Source: Anaerolineae bacterium (GTDB lineage Bacteria > Chloroflexota > Anaerolineae > DTLA01). From it: a stretch of 63,432 nt of DNA. The notes under the pieces are model-generated. The model searched no databases. It saw only the letters and a program-made list of their open reading frames with translations, and was not told the DNA's origin. The stretch is taken from positions 1 to 63,432 of the forward strand of contig DAOTVT010000123.1 in the NCBI GenBank assembly GCA_034436295.1, in the 5' to 3' direction. Positions 8,075-17,936 of the stretch are shown here, one piece after another; position 1 is the first letter of the stretch, and every line of letters starts with the position of its first letter. The translations under genes were made by a program, and so were the position numbers.

Positions 8075-9829
8075 TCAGCCCGCCTTTGTCTCCGAGCGTG
8101 TGATCTTCCGCCGCAACCCGCTCAGGAGCACCGTCGCCGCCGCCGGCACGTTCAGTTTCGCCCAGCCCAGCGGCAGTTCCAACTCGCTCTTCTCGCACAC
8201 GGTGGAGATGTTCGCGCTGTCCACCTGGGGCTTCAGGGCGCGAAGGAGTTTGGCCCGAAGGTCGGCGTCGCCTATGCTCATAATGTCGTCAATCTGGGCG
8301 ATGAGCCGCCGCGCCTTGTGGATGCGCCGCTCCGTGGCCTCGCCCACGGCGCGCGGGATGAGGCCGGTCTCCATCTTCAGGCGGTTCAGCGCCAGCCCCG
8401 CCGCGTAGGTGCTGTCCACGATGGCGTCGCGGTTCATCCACCGCGTCTCGTAGTTCAGCACGTATTTCCACGACGGCTGCACCAGCGCCCTCCGGTGCTC
8501 TTCCACCGTGTGGCACAGGAGGCGATAGCCGTGCGCCTCCGGATTCTCAAACACCTCGCTCCCAGGGTCCAGGAATGGCGCCAGGGGCGAGATGAACGGG
8601 ATCAGGCGGCGCGGCTGGCCCCCGTCCAGGTCGCGCACCAGATGGCGACAGTACTCGGCGGTTCCCATGACGGAGTCGTAGGTCTGCTTAGGAAGCCCGA
8701 TCATGAAGAAAACATCCAGCCGCTCGCAGCCCGCCTCAAGGGCGTACTCCATGGTCTTCTCCATCGCCGCCGTGGTGTAGGGTCGCCCGAAGGCCTGGCG
8801 CACCTCGTCGTCGTGGGATTCCAGCGAGACCTCCAGCGTCCAATGCGGCAGGCTCTGCCCCACCAACTGCATGAACTCGCGCGAGGCCGGTTCAAACAAC
8901 TCCAGGATGACCTGATTCGGGAAGCCCCTGACGGCCGCGAGGAACGCCTCGGCGTAGTCCATGCCGGGCTGGCGAATGTCGCCCAGCACGAACACCGGCC
9001 CCTTGCTGAAGCGGCTGATGCTGCGAAGGTCCTGCGCCAAATCCGAAGGGGAGCGGTAGGCGGGGCGCTGGCGCTGGTGAATCTGCTCAAAGGCCTGCGC
9101 CGACCCGCCGCACGTCTTGCAGCCGTAGGTGCAGCCGCGGCACGTGAGCGCCGCCGTGATGGGATAGTCCAGCCAGTGGCGGAATGGGATAGTGCTGGCC
9201 AGGTCCCGGTAGCGGGCCACGCTGCGGATGACGTAGGAATAGTCCAGCAGCACGTGGTCCAGCGTGTCGGGCGAGAAGCCGATGGGGTTGGCCCGCACCT
9301 GACCGTCGGGGCCGCGCCACGTGAGGTTGTCCACGCCCGCGAAGTCACCGCCGTCGCGCAGGGCCGTCATCAACTGGCGCATGGGTTCCTCGGTGGAATC
9401 GCCGCGCACGACGAAATCCACCTCGGGGTACTCTGTCAGCAACTCGCGGTGGAAGTACGAAGCGGAGAACCCGCCGAAGATGACGGGCGTGTTGGGGTGG
9501 TGCTTCTTGACCAGGCGCGCCACCTCTATGGCCCCGTGCGCGTGGGGCATCCAGTGCAGGTCTATGCCGAACGCCCGCGGATTCAGCGAGCGGATCATCG
9601 CTTCGGGGTCAAACCGTTTTTCCCGCAACATGCGCACCGCCAGGTTCACGATGCGCACCCGAAATCCGTGGCGCTCCAGGTATTCGGCAATGGTGGTGAA
9701 CCCGATGGGGTACATCTCAAAGACGGGCGTGGACGGAACAAGGTCGCTCACCGGCCCGTACAGAATGGACTCCTTGCGGAAGTCGTACACGCTAGGGGCA
9801 TGGAGCAGGACGAGATCAAGACGCGACAT
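8075..9829 (-). CDS. B12-binding-domain radical SAM protein (class B; possibly the uncharacterised Ta0216-like family)
   Basis: N-terminal Rossmann-like B12-binding region (LVLLHAPSVYDF...VIFGGFSASY...VVRGD). CRGCTYGCKTC with CX3CX2C at 9110..9133. Confidence 0.85.
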   Translation of the reverse strand: MSRLDLVLLHAPSVYDFRKESILYGPVSDLVPSTPVFEMYPIGFTTIAEYLERHGFRVRIVNLAVRMLREKRFDPEAMIRSLNPRAFGIDLHWMPHAHGAIEVARLVKKHHPNTPVIFGGFSASYFHRELLTEYPEVDFVVRGDSTEEPMRQLMTALRDGGDFAGVDNLTWRGPDGQVRANPIGFSPDTLDHVLLDYSYVIRSVARYRDLASTIPFRHWLDYPITAALTCRGCTYGCKTCGGSAQAFEQIHQRQRPAYRSPSDLAQDLRSISRFSKGPVFVLGDIRQPGMDYAEAFLAAVRGFPNQVILELFEPASREFMQLVGQSLPHWTLEVSLESHDDEVRQAFGRPYTTAAMEKTMEYALEAGCERLDVFFMIGLPKQTYDSVMGTAEYCRHLVRDLDGGQPRRLIPFISPLAPFLDPGSEVFENPEAHGYRLLCHTVEEHRRALVQPSWKYVLNYETRWMNRDAIVDSTYAAGLALNRLKMETGLIPRAVGEATERRIHKARRLIAQIDDIMSIGDADLRAKLLRALKPQVDSANISTVCEKSELELPLGWAKLNVPAAATVLLSGLRRKITRSETKAG

Positions 9830-9838
9830 GGTGGATGC

Positions 9839-10795
9839 CTACCTCCGTGGGCGCGCCCGCGTTCCGGGGACCGGGACCGAATCCAGAATCTCCTGCACCA
9901 CAACCCTGGCGTCCACGTTCTTGATGCGCGCCGCCGGCGACACGATCAGGCGATGCGCCAACGCCGGAATGGCCAGGGCCTTCACGTCGTCGGGGATGAC
10001 GTAGTCGCGGCCCTCCACGGCGGCTTTCGCCTGGGCGGTCTTGTACAGCGCCAGCGAGCCGCGCGGGCTGGCCCCCAGGTAGATGTCCGGATGCTTGCGC
10101 GACGTGTTCACGAGCTCTACGATGTACTCCTTGATTTGGTCGTCTATGTGTACCTCTTTGACCGCCTCCTGAGCCTGGAGCAGCGCCTCGGCGCTGACTA
10201 CCTGCTCCACCGTTTCCACCGGATGGACGCGCTGCTGCGAGTCCAACATGCGAATCTCATCCGCCGGCGACGGATAGCCCAAACTGATGCGCAGCATGAA
10301 TCGGTCCAACTGCGCCTCGGGCAGAGGGAAGGTGCCCTCGTACTCAATGGGGTTCTGCGTGGCGAGCACCAAGAACGGCTTCTGGAGCGGGTAGGTAACC
10401 CCGTCCACGGTAACCTGCTTCTCCTCCATCGCCTCCAGCAACGCCGATTGGGTTTTCGGCGTGGCGCGGTTGATCTCGTCGGTGAGCACAATCTGGGCCA
10501 TGATGGGCCCGGGGCGGAACTCAAACTCGCGGGTCTTCTGGTTGAACACCGACACGCCCGTTACGTCGCTGGGCAGCATGTCGGGGGTGAACTGAATGCG
10601 CTGGAACGTGCACCCCAGCGAGCGGGCGATGGTCTTGGCGAGCATGGTCTTGCCCACGCCCGGCACGTCCTCTATCAGCACGTGGCCCTGGCACAGGAGC
10701 GCGATGACGGTCTGCTCCACCTGCTGGCGCTTGCCGATGATGACTTTCTCCACGTTGTCCACAATTCGCTTGGCGACTTCTTGTACGGTTTCCAT
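9839..10795 (-). CDS. MoxR-family AAA+ ATPase
   Basis: Walker A DVPGVGKT, Walker [32 protein letters not shown] signature. Confidence 0.9.
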   Translation of the reverse strand: METVQEVAKRIVDNVEKVIIGKRQQVEQTVIALLCQGHVLIEDVPGVGKTMLAKTIARSLGCTFQRIQFTPDMLPSDVTGVSVFNQKTREFEFRPGPIMAQIVLTDEINRATPKTQSALLEAMEEKQVTVDGVTYPLQKPFLVLATQNPIEYEGTFPLPEAQLDRFMLRISLGYPSPADEIRMLDSQQRVHPVETVEQVVSAEALLQAQEAVKEVHIDDQIKEYIVELVNTSRKHPDIYLGASPRGSLALYKTAQAKAAVEGRDYVIPDDVKALAIPALAHRLIVSPAARIKNVDARVVVQEILDSVPVPGTRARPRR

Positions 10796-10837
10796 GACAA
10801 AGCCCTTTCTCTGTCGTCGGGGCAGCGCCCCCGCTAG

Positions 10838-10865
10838 ATTATACCGGAAACACGCGGCGGGACAA
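10838..10865 (-). promoter_or_regulatory. Promoter-like TTGTCC-16-TATAAT upstream of the first MoxR gene
   Basis: Hexamers read directly from the sequence. About 40 nt upstream of the ATG at 10795. Confidence 0.45.
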
Positions 10866-10936
10866 TTCCACTACCCTACATACCCCTGGGGCAGGCCGTG
10901 GGTTCATCCGGCACCGCAACCGAACCGCATCGGGCA

Positions 10937-11944
10937 TCACCGGCCTCGCTCCAACTTCGCCGCAAACGATTCCAGCGTGTCGTCGTAGCGCACCCACACG
11001 CGGGCCAGGTCAAAGACGGACGGCGAGGTCTGCGCCGCGCCCGAACGCAGCGTAACCGCGCCCAGGTACCCCTCGGCCCGCAGCGCCTCTACCACCTGGC
11101 GGTTGTACGTGCCGTAGGGGTACGAGAACAGGCGCGGGCGCTTGCCGGTGTGCCGCTCAATGGCATCGCCCGCCTTCCGAATCTCCTGGAGCAGGTCCTC
11201 GTCCGAAAGGCGCGTCAGCATGGGGTGGCTGTAACTGTGCGATTCCACGTCCATCCCGCTGCGGCTCAATTGTTCCACCTGCGCCCATGTCATGTACCCT
11301 GGATACCCATCGTCAATGGGTTTGGCATTGACAAAGAACGTCGCCGTGAACCCGTACTTCACCAGCAGCGGGAAGGCGACCACCGCATTGTCGCGGTAGC
11401 CATCGTCAAAGGTGATGACGACGGCCCTGGCGGGCAGCGGGTCCGCACCCTCCAGGTAGCGAATCACCGCGTAGAGGCTGACCGACTCGTAGCCCTGCTC
11501 CTTGAGATACCGCAACTGCTCTTCAAAACGGGCGGGACACACGGCATAGTCCCGCCGGTCGGAGTTCGCATCGTCCGGCAGGTCCGCGATGTGGTGGTAC
11601 ATGAGGATGGGCACGGGGGCCACACGGCCGCCGGTGGACGCGGCCCGCGCGGTCGGCGTGGCCGTCGGCGGGGGCTGCGGCGTGGACGTGGCCGTGGGCA
11701 GCGGCGTCGCCGTCGGCGAGGGCTGCGGCGTGGACGTGGCCGTCGGCACGAACGCCGTCGCCGTCGGCGAGGGCTGCGACGTGGGCGTGGCCGTCGGCGA
11801 GGGTTGCGGCGTAGGCGCGGGCGCGCATGCGGCAAGCGCGACCACCGCCAGCGCCATGACCACCGCCACCCCGCCGCGACGCGCCCTGCGGGCAAGCCCC
11901 TCCCGTTGCTCCCCTACGCGCACCGACGCGCAAGTTGTTGACAT
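10937..11944 (-). CDS. Polysaccharide deacetylase (NodB/CE4) lipoprotein with Pro/Thr-rich linker
   Basis: Lipobox LAAC, PT-rich linker, FDDGYRDN and H..SH motifs. The exact start is uncertain. Confidence 0.8.
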   Translation of the reverse strand: MSTTCASVRVGEQREGLARRARRGGVAVVMALAVVALAACAPAPTPQPSPTATPTSQPSPTATAFVPTATSTPQPSPTATPLPTATSTPQPPPTATPTARAASTGGRVAPVPILMYHHIADLPDDANSDRRDYAVCPARFEEQLRYLKEQGYESVSLYAVIRYLEGADPLPARAVVITFDDGYRDNAVVAFPLLVKYGFTATFFVNAKPIDDGYPGYMTWAQVEQLSRSGMDVESHSYSHPMLTRLSDEDLLQEIRKAGDAIERHTGKRPRLFSYPYGTYNRQVVEALRAEGYLGAVTLRSGAAQTSPSVFDLARVWVRYDDTLESFAAKLERGR

Positions 11945-11966
11945 CGCCTCTCCTGTCTGCTATAAT
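11938..11966 (+). promoter_or_regulatory. Consensus promoter TTGACA-17-TATAAT
   Basis: Perfect hexamers. The -35 overlaps the start codon of the divergent deacetylase gene. 44 nt upstream of the ATG at 12011. Confidence 0.55.
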
Positions 11967-12010
11967 GAGTGCAATTCCACAAGGTCCGAGACCGGTTGGG
12001 AGGAAACGCC

Positions 12011-12367
12011 ATGACCAAAGCCGACAAGTTCATCTGGGCCATCGCCATCTTGCAGTTCATCCCGACGCTCATGTTCCCGCCGGCGGTGCTGTTCAGCGCC
12101 AAGATCACCGTGCTCATCCTGCCCGTCCTGCTTTTCGGCCTGCTGGGCTGGGGGCTGGTTCGCCGCCGACCGTGGGCCCTCACCATGAGCATCTTCGTCC
12201 AGGGCTTCAACGTCATCATCCGCGTCCTGATGCTGTTGCCCCGCGTGGTTGTCGCGGGGAAACTGGATGTCGCATGGCTCGTCTCCAGCATTCTGGCCAT
12301 TATCGTGTCCATCGCCTTCCTGCTCCTGCTGGAGAAGCCCGAGGTGCAGATCGCCATCACGGCGTAG
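12011..12367 (+). CDS. Small hypothetical membrane protein
   Basis: ATG at 12011 preceded by GGGAGG. Consensus promoter at 11938..11966. About four hydrophobic segments. No family recognised. Confidence 0.5.
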   Translation: MTKADKFIWAIAILQFIPTLMFPPAVLFSAKITVLILPVLLFGLLGWGLVRRRPWALTMSIFVQGFNVIIRVLMLLPRVVVAGKLDVAWLVSSILAIIVSIAFLLLLEKPEVQIAITA

Positions 12368-13814
12368 CGCCCTCTTCGCTCGCACGTTGCCAGTCCAAGA
12401 TCCGCTCCCAGCAGGAGCGGATCTTTTGCAATTCCTCCTCCGTGTCCGGCAGTTCGCCGTAGTGCGACCGGACGTATGCCTCGGTGATCGCCTGCATCTC
12501 CGACGCGAGGTCGGGGAACGCCGGCGCCAGCGCCTGGAGGAACTCGTAGGGCGTCTGCCATTCCCTGCGCGGATGCCCCATGCCCGCCGCCCAGCGCAGC
12601 AGGTTCGCGTAAATCCAGCGGATGGAGGCCGCCGCCCGGAACCGCTGGCCCAGGCCAAACTCCCCCGCCAGGTTGAGCCACTGCCCCACGCGATCCAGGC
12701 CCGCGCGAATCGCGCCCAGGAGCCCAGGCCCTCGGGTCGTCAGGCTCCAATCAACCTCGCGCTCCTCTCGGCGGCCCGACTCGGCGGCTGAGGCCCGCGC
12801 CCGCCGCACGGAAAACGCCACGAGCGCCAGGACTCCGAGGATGAACACGCCCACCACGGCATACTTCAGGATGTCCAAGTACGCGGGCGGCGCGACGGGC
12901 GTCTGGGGCAGGAACTCGGGCGTGGCCTCGGGCGCAGGCGTCGCGCCGGTGAATTCGGGCGGCGCGTGCGTCCGGAAGAACCGCACCACCCAATCCAGCA
13001 GCGGCCCCAGAAGCCAGATCAACACCTGCGCGACCAGCAGCGCCACCTTCCCCAGCACGTTCCACACGGGCGCCAGGAGCCGCATCACGGCGCTGATGTT
13101 GCCCACCGTGAGCAACTGGGTCGCGATGACCGCCGCCATCAGCACGGCGGCAATCGCCCCCAGCGTGGACGCCAGCCAGAACGGGGTGGACACCCGCCCG
13201 CCGGATTCCGGCTGGAGTTCCAAATCGTACACGCGGCCCACGCCCACGGCCAGCAGGCCGAAGAAGAAGAACACGACCACAAAACCGAGGATCGGAACGC
13301 GCCACCCCAGCAGCGAGGCCACGGCCGCATTCCACATCAGGAGCACGATCCCCGCGCGGAAACTGAACCCAATCCGCTCAAAGGTGTGCTCGCGGTTGCC
13401 CAGCGTCAGCCCGCGCCACCACAGCAGGACCACCAGCAGGAACAGCACCAAATCCGCCGGAATCGCCTCCGAAATCTGGGCCATACGCCGCGCGAGTTGC
13501 GCAAGCCACGCGCCGGCGGTGAGACTCGCCGGGTACAGGTGCACGCGCACGGCCAGCAGCCCCGACAGCAGCCCCAACGCCATCACCAGGGCCGACACCA
13601 CCCTGGGCGCCACGTTCAGGCGGTTCATCCCCTTGACGAACAGCGCCACGACGGCCAGCGCCGCCAGCACGGCCAGCGCCAGGGGCGCCGCCGGGTGCTG
13701 GGGCGCGAACGGGCGGATGAAGAAAAGAAGCCACGGCGACAGCCACGCCATCTCCATCGCGATGAGCGCGAAATCCAAGAGCGCGCGTTTCCAGTCCCAG
13801 CGAGTCGCGCTCAC
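12357..13814 (-). CDS. Multi-pass membrane protein with C-terminal DUF4129 domain
   Basis: The 857-aa ORF is trimmed to the GTG at 13814, which overlaps the DUF58 stop (GTGA). C-terminus IRWIYANLLRWAAGMGHPRREWQTPYEF is DUF4129-like. No transglutaminase Cys-His-Asp core seen. Confidence 0.7.
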   Translation of the reverse strand: MSATRWDWKRALLDFALIAMEMAWLSPWLLFFIRPFAPQHPAAPLALAVLAALAVVALFVKGMNRLNVAPRVVSALVMALGLLSGLLAVRVHLYPASLTAGAWLAQLARRMAQISEAIPADLVLFLLVVLLWWRGLTLGNREHTFERIGFSFRAGIVLLMWNAAVASLLGWRVPILGFVVVFFFFGLLAVGVGRVYDLELQPESGGRVSTPFWLASTLGAIAAVLMAAVIATQLLTVGNISAVMRLLAPVWNVLGKVALLVAQVLIWLLGPLLDWVVRFFRTHAPPEFTGATPAPEATPEFLPQTPVAPPAYLDILKYAVVGVFILGVLALVAFSVRRARASAAESGRREEREVDWSLTTRGPGLLGAIRAGLDRVGQWLNLAGEFGLGQRFRAAASIRWIYANLLRWAAGMGHPRREWQTPYEFLQALAPAFPDLASEMQAITEAYVRSHYGELPDTEEELQKIRSCWERILDWQRASEEGATP

Positions 13815-15046
13815 GCCTGCGCCTCCACTTCTTGCACCTGCCACATCCCCACATCCGCCAGGGGCCGCCGCGACACGGTGTAGGCCGGGATGCCGCGCAG
13901 TTGCTCCCGATCCACCTCGGCGCCCACCGCGACCAGCGCGACCTTGCGCCCCGCCGCCCGCAACTCCAGAAGCGCGGCCAGCAGCGCGTCGGAGACGATG
14001 CCCGTGATGACGATGAGCGTCGCGCCCCAGGGCAACTTGGGCGACTCGGTCTCCAGCAACTGCTCCATGCGCGACGTGGAGAAGGCCGTTACCGCCGCTA
14101 GCGCCTCCAACATGTGCATCAGGTGATCCGGGCTTCGGCTGGGGAGCACCTTCAGGGGCTGATCCGAGCGGGGCAGGCTCCCGTTGGCCATTAGGCCCAC
14201 CATGTACTTCTGTTCCACGCCGAACGACGCGACCGACGCCGCCAGGCTGACGATCTGCTCCAGGAGGACGGGATCGCTCCCCTGCAACGGCTCGGGAAGG
14301 GTGTTGACGTTCAGGAAGATGATCCACTGGGGGCTGGTGGTCGGCTCGTATACCTTCACCTGTAGCCGCTGCTGGCGCGCGGAGGCCTTCCAGTGGATGT
14401 GCTTCTGGCCGTCGTAGGGCTGGTGGTCGCGGACTCCGACGGCGCGGCTGGGGTCGGCGAAGAGCGGCTCCTCGGCCTTCGCGTTGCCGAAGGGGTCCTT
14501 CGGGGGCAGGTTCCACGCCTCCAGCGGCAGCACCTGCGGATAGACGATAAGCGTGTCCTCCCGCTCGTCCACGACGGCCGCGCTGAACAGCCCGAACACG
14601 TCGCTGGCCTGCATGCGCACCGGCCCCAAGGCGTAGAATCCGCGCTGGGCGCACGAGAGGCGAAACCGCCGCGTTACCCGTTCGCGCCAGCGCAGGGAGT
14701 ACAGGTTGACCAGGTAGCCGACCGTCTCCTTGTGCGAGGGGGCCAGCCTGTCGCCGATGAGCGGAAGGGCCGTCGGGAGTTCGTCCTCGGCCTTGAGCCA
14801 CGCCACGGGGAGCAGTTTGCCGTTGGTTACCTGGATGGACAACATGACTTCCTCGCCGACAAAGGCGCGCCGTTCGCTGAGTTGCCGCCGATAGAGGACG
14901 CCGCGCAGGGCGTACCGGTTCCACAGCCACGCCACCGCAATGACCGTGAGGAGCACGGTGGACATGATGACCAGCGACTCCTGGCGGAACAGCACTCCCA
15001 GCAGGCCGAAGAAAGCCGCCAGCGCGATCCAGGTATCGTTGAACAT
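13811..15046 (-). CDS. DUF58 domain protein (MoxR-associated)
   Basis: SDVFGLF...GVRDHQPYDGQKHIHWKASAR...LQVKVYE core. ATG immediately follows the MoxR stop. Confidence 0.85.
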   Translation of the reverse strand: MFNDTWIALAAFFGLLGVLFRQESLVIMSTVLLTVIAVAWLWNRYALRGVLYRRQLSERRAFVGEEVMLSIQVTNGKLLPVAWLKAEDELPTALPLIGDRLAPSHKETVGYLVNLYSLRWRERVTRRFRLSCAQRGFYALGPVRMQASDVFGLFSAAVVDEREDTLIVYPQVLPLEAWNLPPKDPFGNAKAEEPLFADPSRAVGVRDHQPYDGQKHIHWKASARQQRLQVKVYEPTTSPQWIIFLNVNTLPEPLQGSDPVLLEQIVSLAASVASFGVEQKYMVGLMANGSLPRSDQPLKVLPSRSPDHLMHMLEALAAVTAFSTSRMEQLLETESPKLPWGATLIVITGIVSDALLAALLELRAAGRKVALVAVGAEVDREQLRGIPAYTVSRRPLADVGMWQVQEVEAQA

Positions 15047-15982
15047 CTACTGCTCCACCGGCACCGGCACCGACTCCACGACTTCGGCCAGGATATTCTC
15101 CGGCCTGCGCCCGCGCAGTCGGGTTTGCGAACTGATGATGATGCGATGCCCCAGGACGAAAGGCGCCAGGTACTTGACGTCATCCGGCAGGACGAACTCG
15201 CGCCCGCGAATGGCCGCCAGGGCCTGCGCCATGTGGTACAGCGCCAACGTCCCGCGCGGACTGGCCCCCAGCATCACCGCCGGATGTTCGCGCGTGGCCC
15301 GCACGATTCGCACCACGTAGTGGCGCACGGACTCCTCCACGCGCACCCGCCGGACGGCGTCGCGCAGCGCGAGCCAGTCCTCCGGCTGCATCACGGGCTG
15401 CAGGCGCTCCAGGGGGTCTTCGCGCTCAAACCGCAGGAGAATCTCGTTCTCCTCCTGCTCCGTGGGATAGCCCAGGGCAATCTTGATGAGGAAGCGGTCC
15501 ACCTGCGCCTCGGGCAGCGGGAAGGTGCCCTCCAGTTCAATGGGGTTCTGCGTGGCGAGCACCAGGAACGGGCGCGGCAGCGGGTACGTAACGCCGTCCA
15601 CGGTGATCTGCCGCTCCTGCATCGCCTCCAGCAGGGCCGATTGGGTGCGCGGCGTGGCGCGGTTGATCTCGTCCGCCAGGAGGATTTGGGACATGACCGG
15701 CCCAGGGCGGAACTCAAATTCCTGCTTCTTCTGGTTGAAGAAGGAGATGCCGGTAACGTCGCTGGGCAGCAAGTCGGGCGTGAATTGCAGGCGGCTGAAG
15801 GTGCAGCCAGCGGATCGGGCCACCGCCTTCGCCAGGGTCGTCTTGCCGATGCCGGGCACGTCCTCAATCAGCACGTGCCCTTCGCACAGCATGGCGGCCA
15901 GGAGCAACTCCACCGTCGCCCTCTTGCCGACGATGACCCTGTCCACGTTGTCCAGCACGCGGGCCATAGCTTCGTGAATCAT
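15047..15982 (-). CDS. MoxR-family AAA+ ATPase
   Basis: DVPGIGKT, LLADEINRA and [22 protein letters not shown] motifs. I prefer the ATG at 15982 (AGGAGG 5 nt upstream) over the GTG at 15988. Confidence 0.9.
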   Translation of the reverse strand: MIHEAMARVLDNVDRVIVGKRATVELLLAAMLCEGHVLIEDVPGIGKTTLAKAVARSAGCTFSRLQFTPDLLPSDVTGISFFNQKKQEFEFRPGPVMSQILLADEINRATPRTQSALLEAMQERQITVDGVTYPLPRPFLVLATQNPIELEGTFPLPEAQVDRFLIKIALGYPTEQEENEILLRFEREDPLERLQPVMQPEDWLALRDAVRRVRVEESVRHYVVRIVRATREHPAVMLGASPRGTLALYHMAQALAAIRGREFVLPDDVKYLAPFVLGHRIIISSQTRLRGRRPENILAEVVESVPVPVEQ

Positions 15983-16015
15983 GTCCACCTCCTCTACAGT
16001 CTGTCCTGCTCATTC

Positions 16016-16043
16016 AGTATACCACCGCCCGAGATGGGCGCAA
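16016..16043 (-). promoter_or_regulatory. Promoter-like TTGCGC-16-TATACT upstream of the second MoxR gene
   Basis: Hexamers read from the sequence, just downstream of the acpS terminator. Confidence 0.35.
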
Positions 16044-16063
16044 GAATCCCGTGCGGGCCTCAA

Positions 16064-16103
16064 TACAAAAGCGGAGCGCCCCACAACGTGCAGAGCGCTC
16101 CGC
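16064..16103 (-). terminator. Intrinsic terminator after acpS
   Basis: 9-bp GC stem GCGGAGCGC/GCGCTCCGC, followed on the minus strand by TTTTGTATTG. Confidence 0.6.
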
Positions 16104-16134
16104 AAAAAGCCGCCTCGCGTCCGGTGTGCTGGCG

Positions 16135-16536
16135 TTACGGGCTGCTGGCGACGACCATGGCGATGGCGTGTTCTTTGGTGTGCGTCAGGCTGATGGCCCA
16201 CTGGTGCAGGCCCAGTTCCTCGGCGCGCTTGCGGGCGCGTCCCAGCAGGCGCACGATGGGCTTGCCGCGGTAGTCGGCGAGAATCTCCATCTCCGTCCAG
16301 TCTATCCCCACGAGGCCGGTGCCCAGCGCCTTGGAGATGGCTTCCTTGCCCGCAAAGCGCACGGCCAACTCGGGAATGCGCCCGTCGCACAGGGCGATCT
16401 CGTTCGGCGTATAGACGCGGCGCAGGAATCGCTCGCCCCACCGCTCCACGGCGCGCGCGATCCTGGGCACTTCAATCAAGTCCACGCCCACAGACAGGGC
16501 AGGCCCTGGCATCACGGGGAAGGGATACGCTCTCAT
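16135..16536 (-). CDS. acpS: Holo-ACP synthase (4'-phosphopantetheinyl transferase)
   Basis: [10 protein letters not shown]......F..RV.T..E.......FAGKEA..KALG matches AcpS. ATGA overlap with the ugd stop. Alternative ATG at 16512. Confidence 0.85.
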   Translation of the reverse strand: MRAYPFPVMPGPALSVGVDLIEVPRIARAVERWGERFLRRVYTPNEIALCDGRIPELAVRFAGKEAISKALGTGLVGIDWTEMEILADYRGKPIVRLLGRARKRAEELGLHQWAISLTHTKEHAIAMVVASSP

Positions 16537-17864
16537 CGGTTCCGAATCAGGCCGCCGTTGTGGCCGCGCCCCACGCCGCGGTAGATGAACCCCAACTCGC
16601 GCATGCGCGGCGGGTCGTAGATGTTGCGCCCGTCCATCAGCACAGGCTGCCGCATGAGGCTCTTGATGCGCTGCATGTCCAGTTGCTTGAACTCATTCCA
16701 CTCGGTAACCAGAATGAGCGCGTCGGCATCCTTGGCGACTTCATACGGGTCGTTGCAATAGGTTACGGGCACGTCCTGCATGGCGCGGCGCGCGGTCTCC
16801 ATGGCCACGGGGTCGTAGGCTTTCACCTGCGCGCCCTCGGCCACCAGGAGCCGCGCCAGCGTGATGGACGGCGCGTCGCGCATGTCGTCGGTGTTGGGCT
16901 TGAAGGCCAGCCCAAGCAGCCCCACCACCTTGCCGCGGTAGGAGCCGAGGATGTCGCGCAGGTGGTTGATGATGCGCTTGCGCTGGTCGTAGTTGATCTC
17001 CATCACGGCGCGCAGGAGTTGCGGGCGCGTGCCGTGGGTGGTCGCCATGTGGATGAGCGCCTTCACATCCTTGGGGAAGCAGGAACCGCCCCAGCCGATG
17101 CCAGCGCCTAGGAAATGCGGGCCGATGCGCTTGTCGGTGCCCATCCCGCGCGCCACTTCTTTCACGTCGGCGCCCAGCGACTCGCAAATCGCGGCGATCT
17201 CGTTGATGAACGAAATCTTGGTCGCCAGGAAGCAGTTGGATGCGTACTTGATCATCTCGGCGGTGCGCAGGTCGGTGATGATGGTCTCGGCCTGGAGCGG
17301 GTAGTACAGTTCGGCCACGCGCTCCGCGGCCTCGCGGCTCAACGAACCCAGCACGATGCGGTCGGGGTTCATGAAGTCGTACACGCCCGAACCCTCGCGC
17401 AGGAACTCGGGGTTGGAGACCACCCAGAACGGGATGGACGGGTCGGGCATGTTCTCGCGCACGATGTCGGCCACCCAGTCGCCCGTGCCGATGGGGACGG
17501 TGCTCTTGTTCACGATGATGAGCGGGTGATCCAGGCGCTTGGCGATCTCCACCGCCGCGTCGTGCACATGTTGCAGGTCGGCCTCGCCCTCCAGCCCCGA
17601 CGGCGTCCCCACGGAGATGAAGACAAACTCCGCGTCCTTGACGCCCTCATCATACGAGGTCGTGAAGAACAGTCGGCCCGCCTCCTTGTTGCGGTGCACG
17701 ATCTCTTCCAGCCCAGGCTCGTAGATGGGCAGGATGCCTTTCCGCAGGTTGGCGGCCTTCTTCTCGTCTCGGTTGACGCACACCACTTGGTTGCCCAGGT
17801 CGGCCAGGCAGGCTCCTGTAACCAGCCCCACGTATCCCACGCCGATCATGCAGATTCTCTTCAT
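16533..17864 (-). CDS. ugd: UDP-glucose 6-dehydrogenase
   Basis: [17 protein letters not shown]...GGSCFPKD catalytic Cys motif. Trimmed to the ATG at 17864 (AAGGAG 7 nt upstream). Confidence 0.9.
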   Translation of the reverse strand: MKRICMIGVGYVGLVTGACLADLGNQVVCVNRDEKKAANLRKGILPIYEPGLEEIVHRNKEAGRLFFTTSYDEGVKDAEFVFISVGTPSGLEGEADLQHVHDAAVEIAKRLDHPLIIVNKSTVPIGTGDWVADIVRENMPDPSIPFWVVSNPEFLREGSGVYDFMNPDRIVLGSLSREAAERVAELYYPLQAETIITDLRTAEMIKYASNCFLATKISFINEIAAICESLGADVKEVARGMGTDKRIGPHFLGAGIGWGGSCFPKDVKALIHMATTHGTRPQLLRAVMEINYDQRKRIINHLRDILGSYRGKVVGLLGLAFKPNTDDMRDAPSITLARLLVAEGAQVKAYDPVAMETARRAMQDVPVTYCNDPYEVAKDADALILVTEWNEFKQLDMQRIKSLMRQPVLMDGRNIYDPPRMRELGFIYRGVGRGHNGGLIRNR

Positions 17865-17936
17865 GCCCATGCTCCTTTGCAATGATGCGCGAACCCGCAG
17901 GCGGGCGTGTTCCGAACACCCGCCTGCGACTCGCGA

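Noticed and set aside
8054-10837. 927-aa plus-strand ORF.
   Set aside because: It is antisense to three well-supported genes (MoxR, rSAM and the DUF58 start). It is Arg/His/Ala/Gly-rich with no motifs, the typical shadow ORF of high-GC DNA.
11464-11933. Arg-rich and Ala-rich ORFs overlapping the deacetylase PT linker. The same applies to 59647..60394 over the TolB-like PT repeat.
   Set aside because: These are alternative-frame or antisense readings of Pro/Thr-coding repeats. The composition (poly-Arg, poly-Val/Ala/Gly) is an artefact.
13815-14930. N-terminal 372 aa of the 857-aa ORF 12357..14930.
   Set aside because: It overlaps the DUF58 gene in another frame and has Arg/Gly/Pro-rich nonsense composition. 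The credible protein starts at the GTG at 13814, which overlaps the DUF58 stop.
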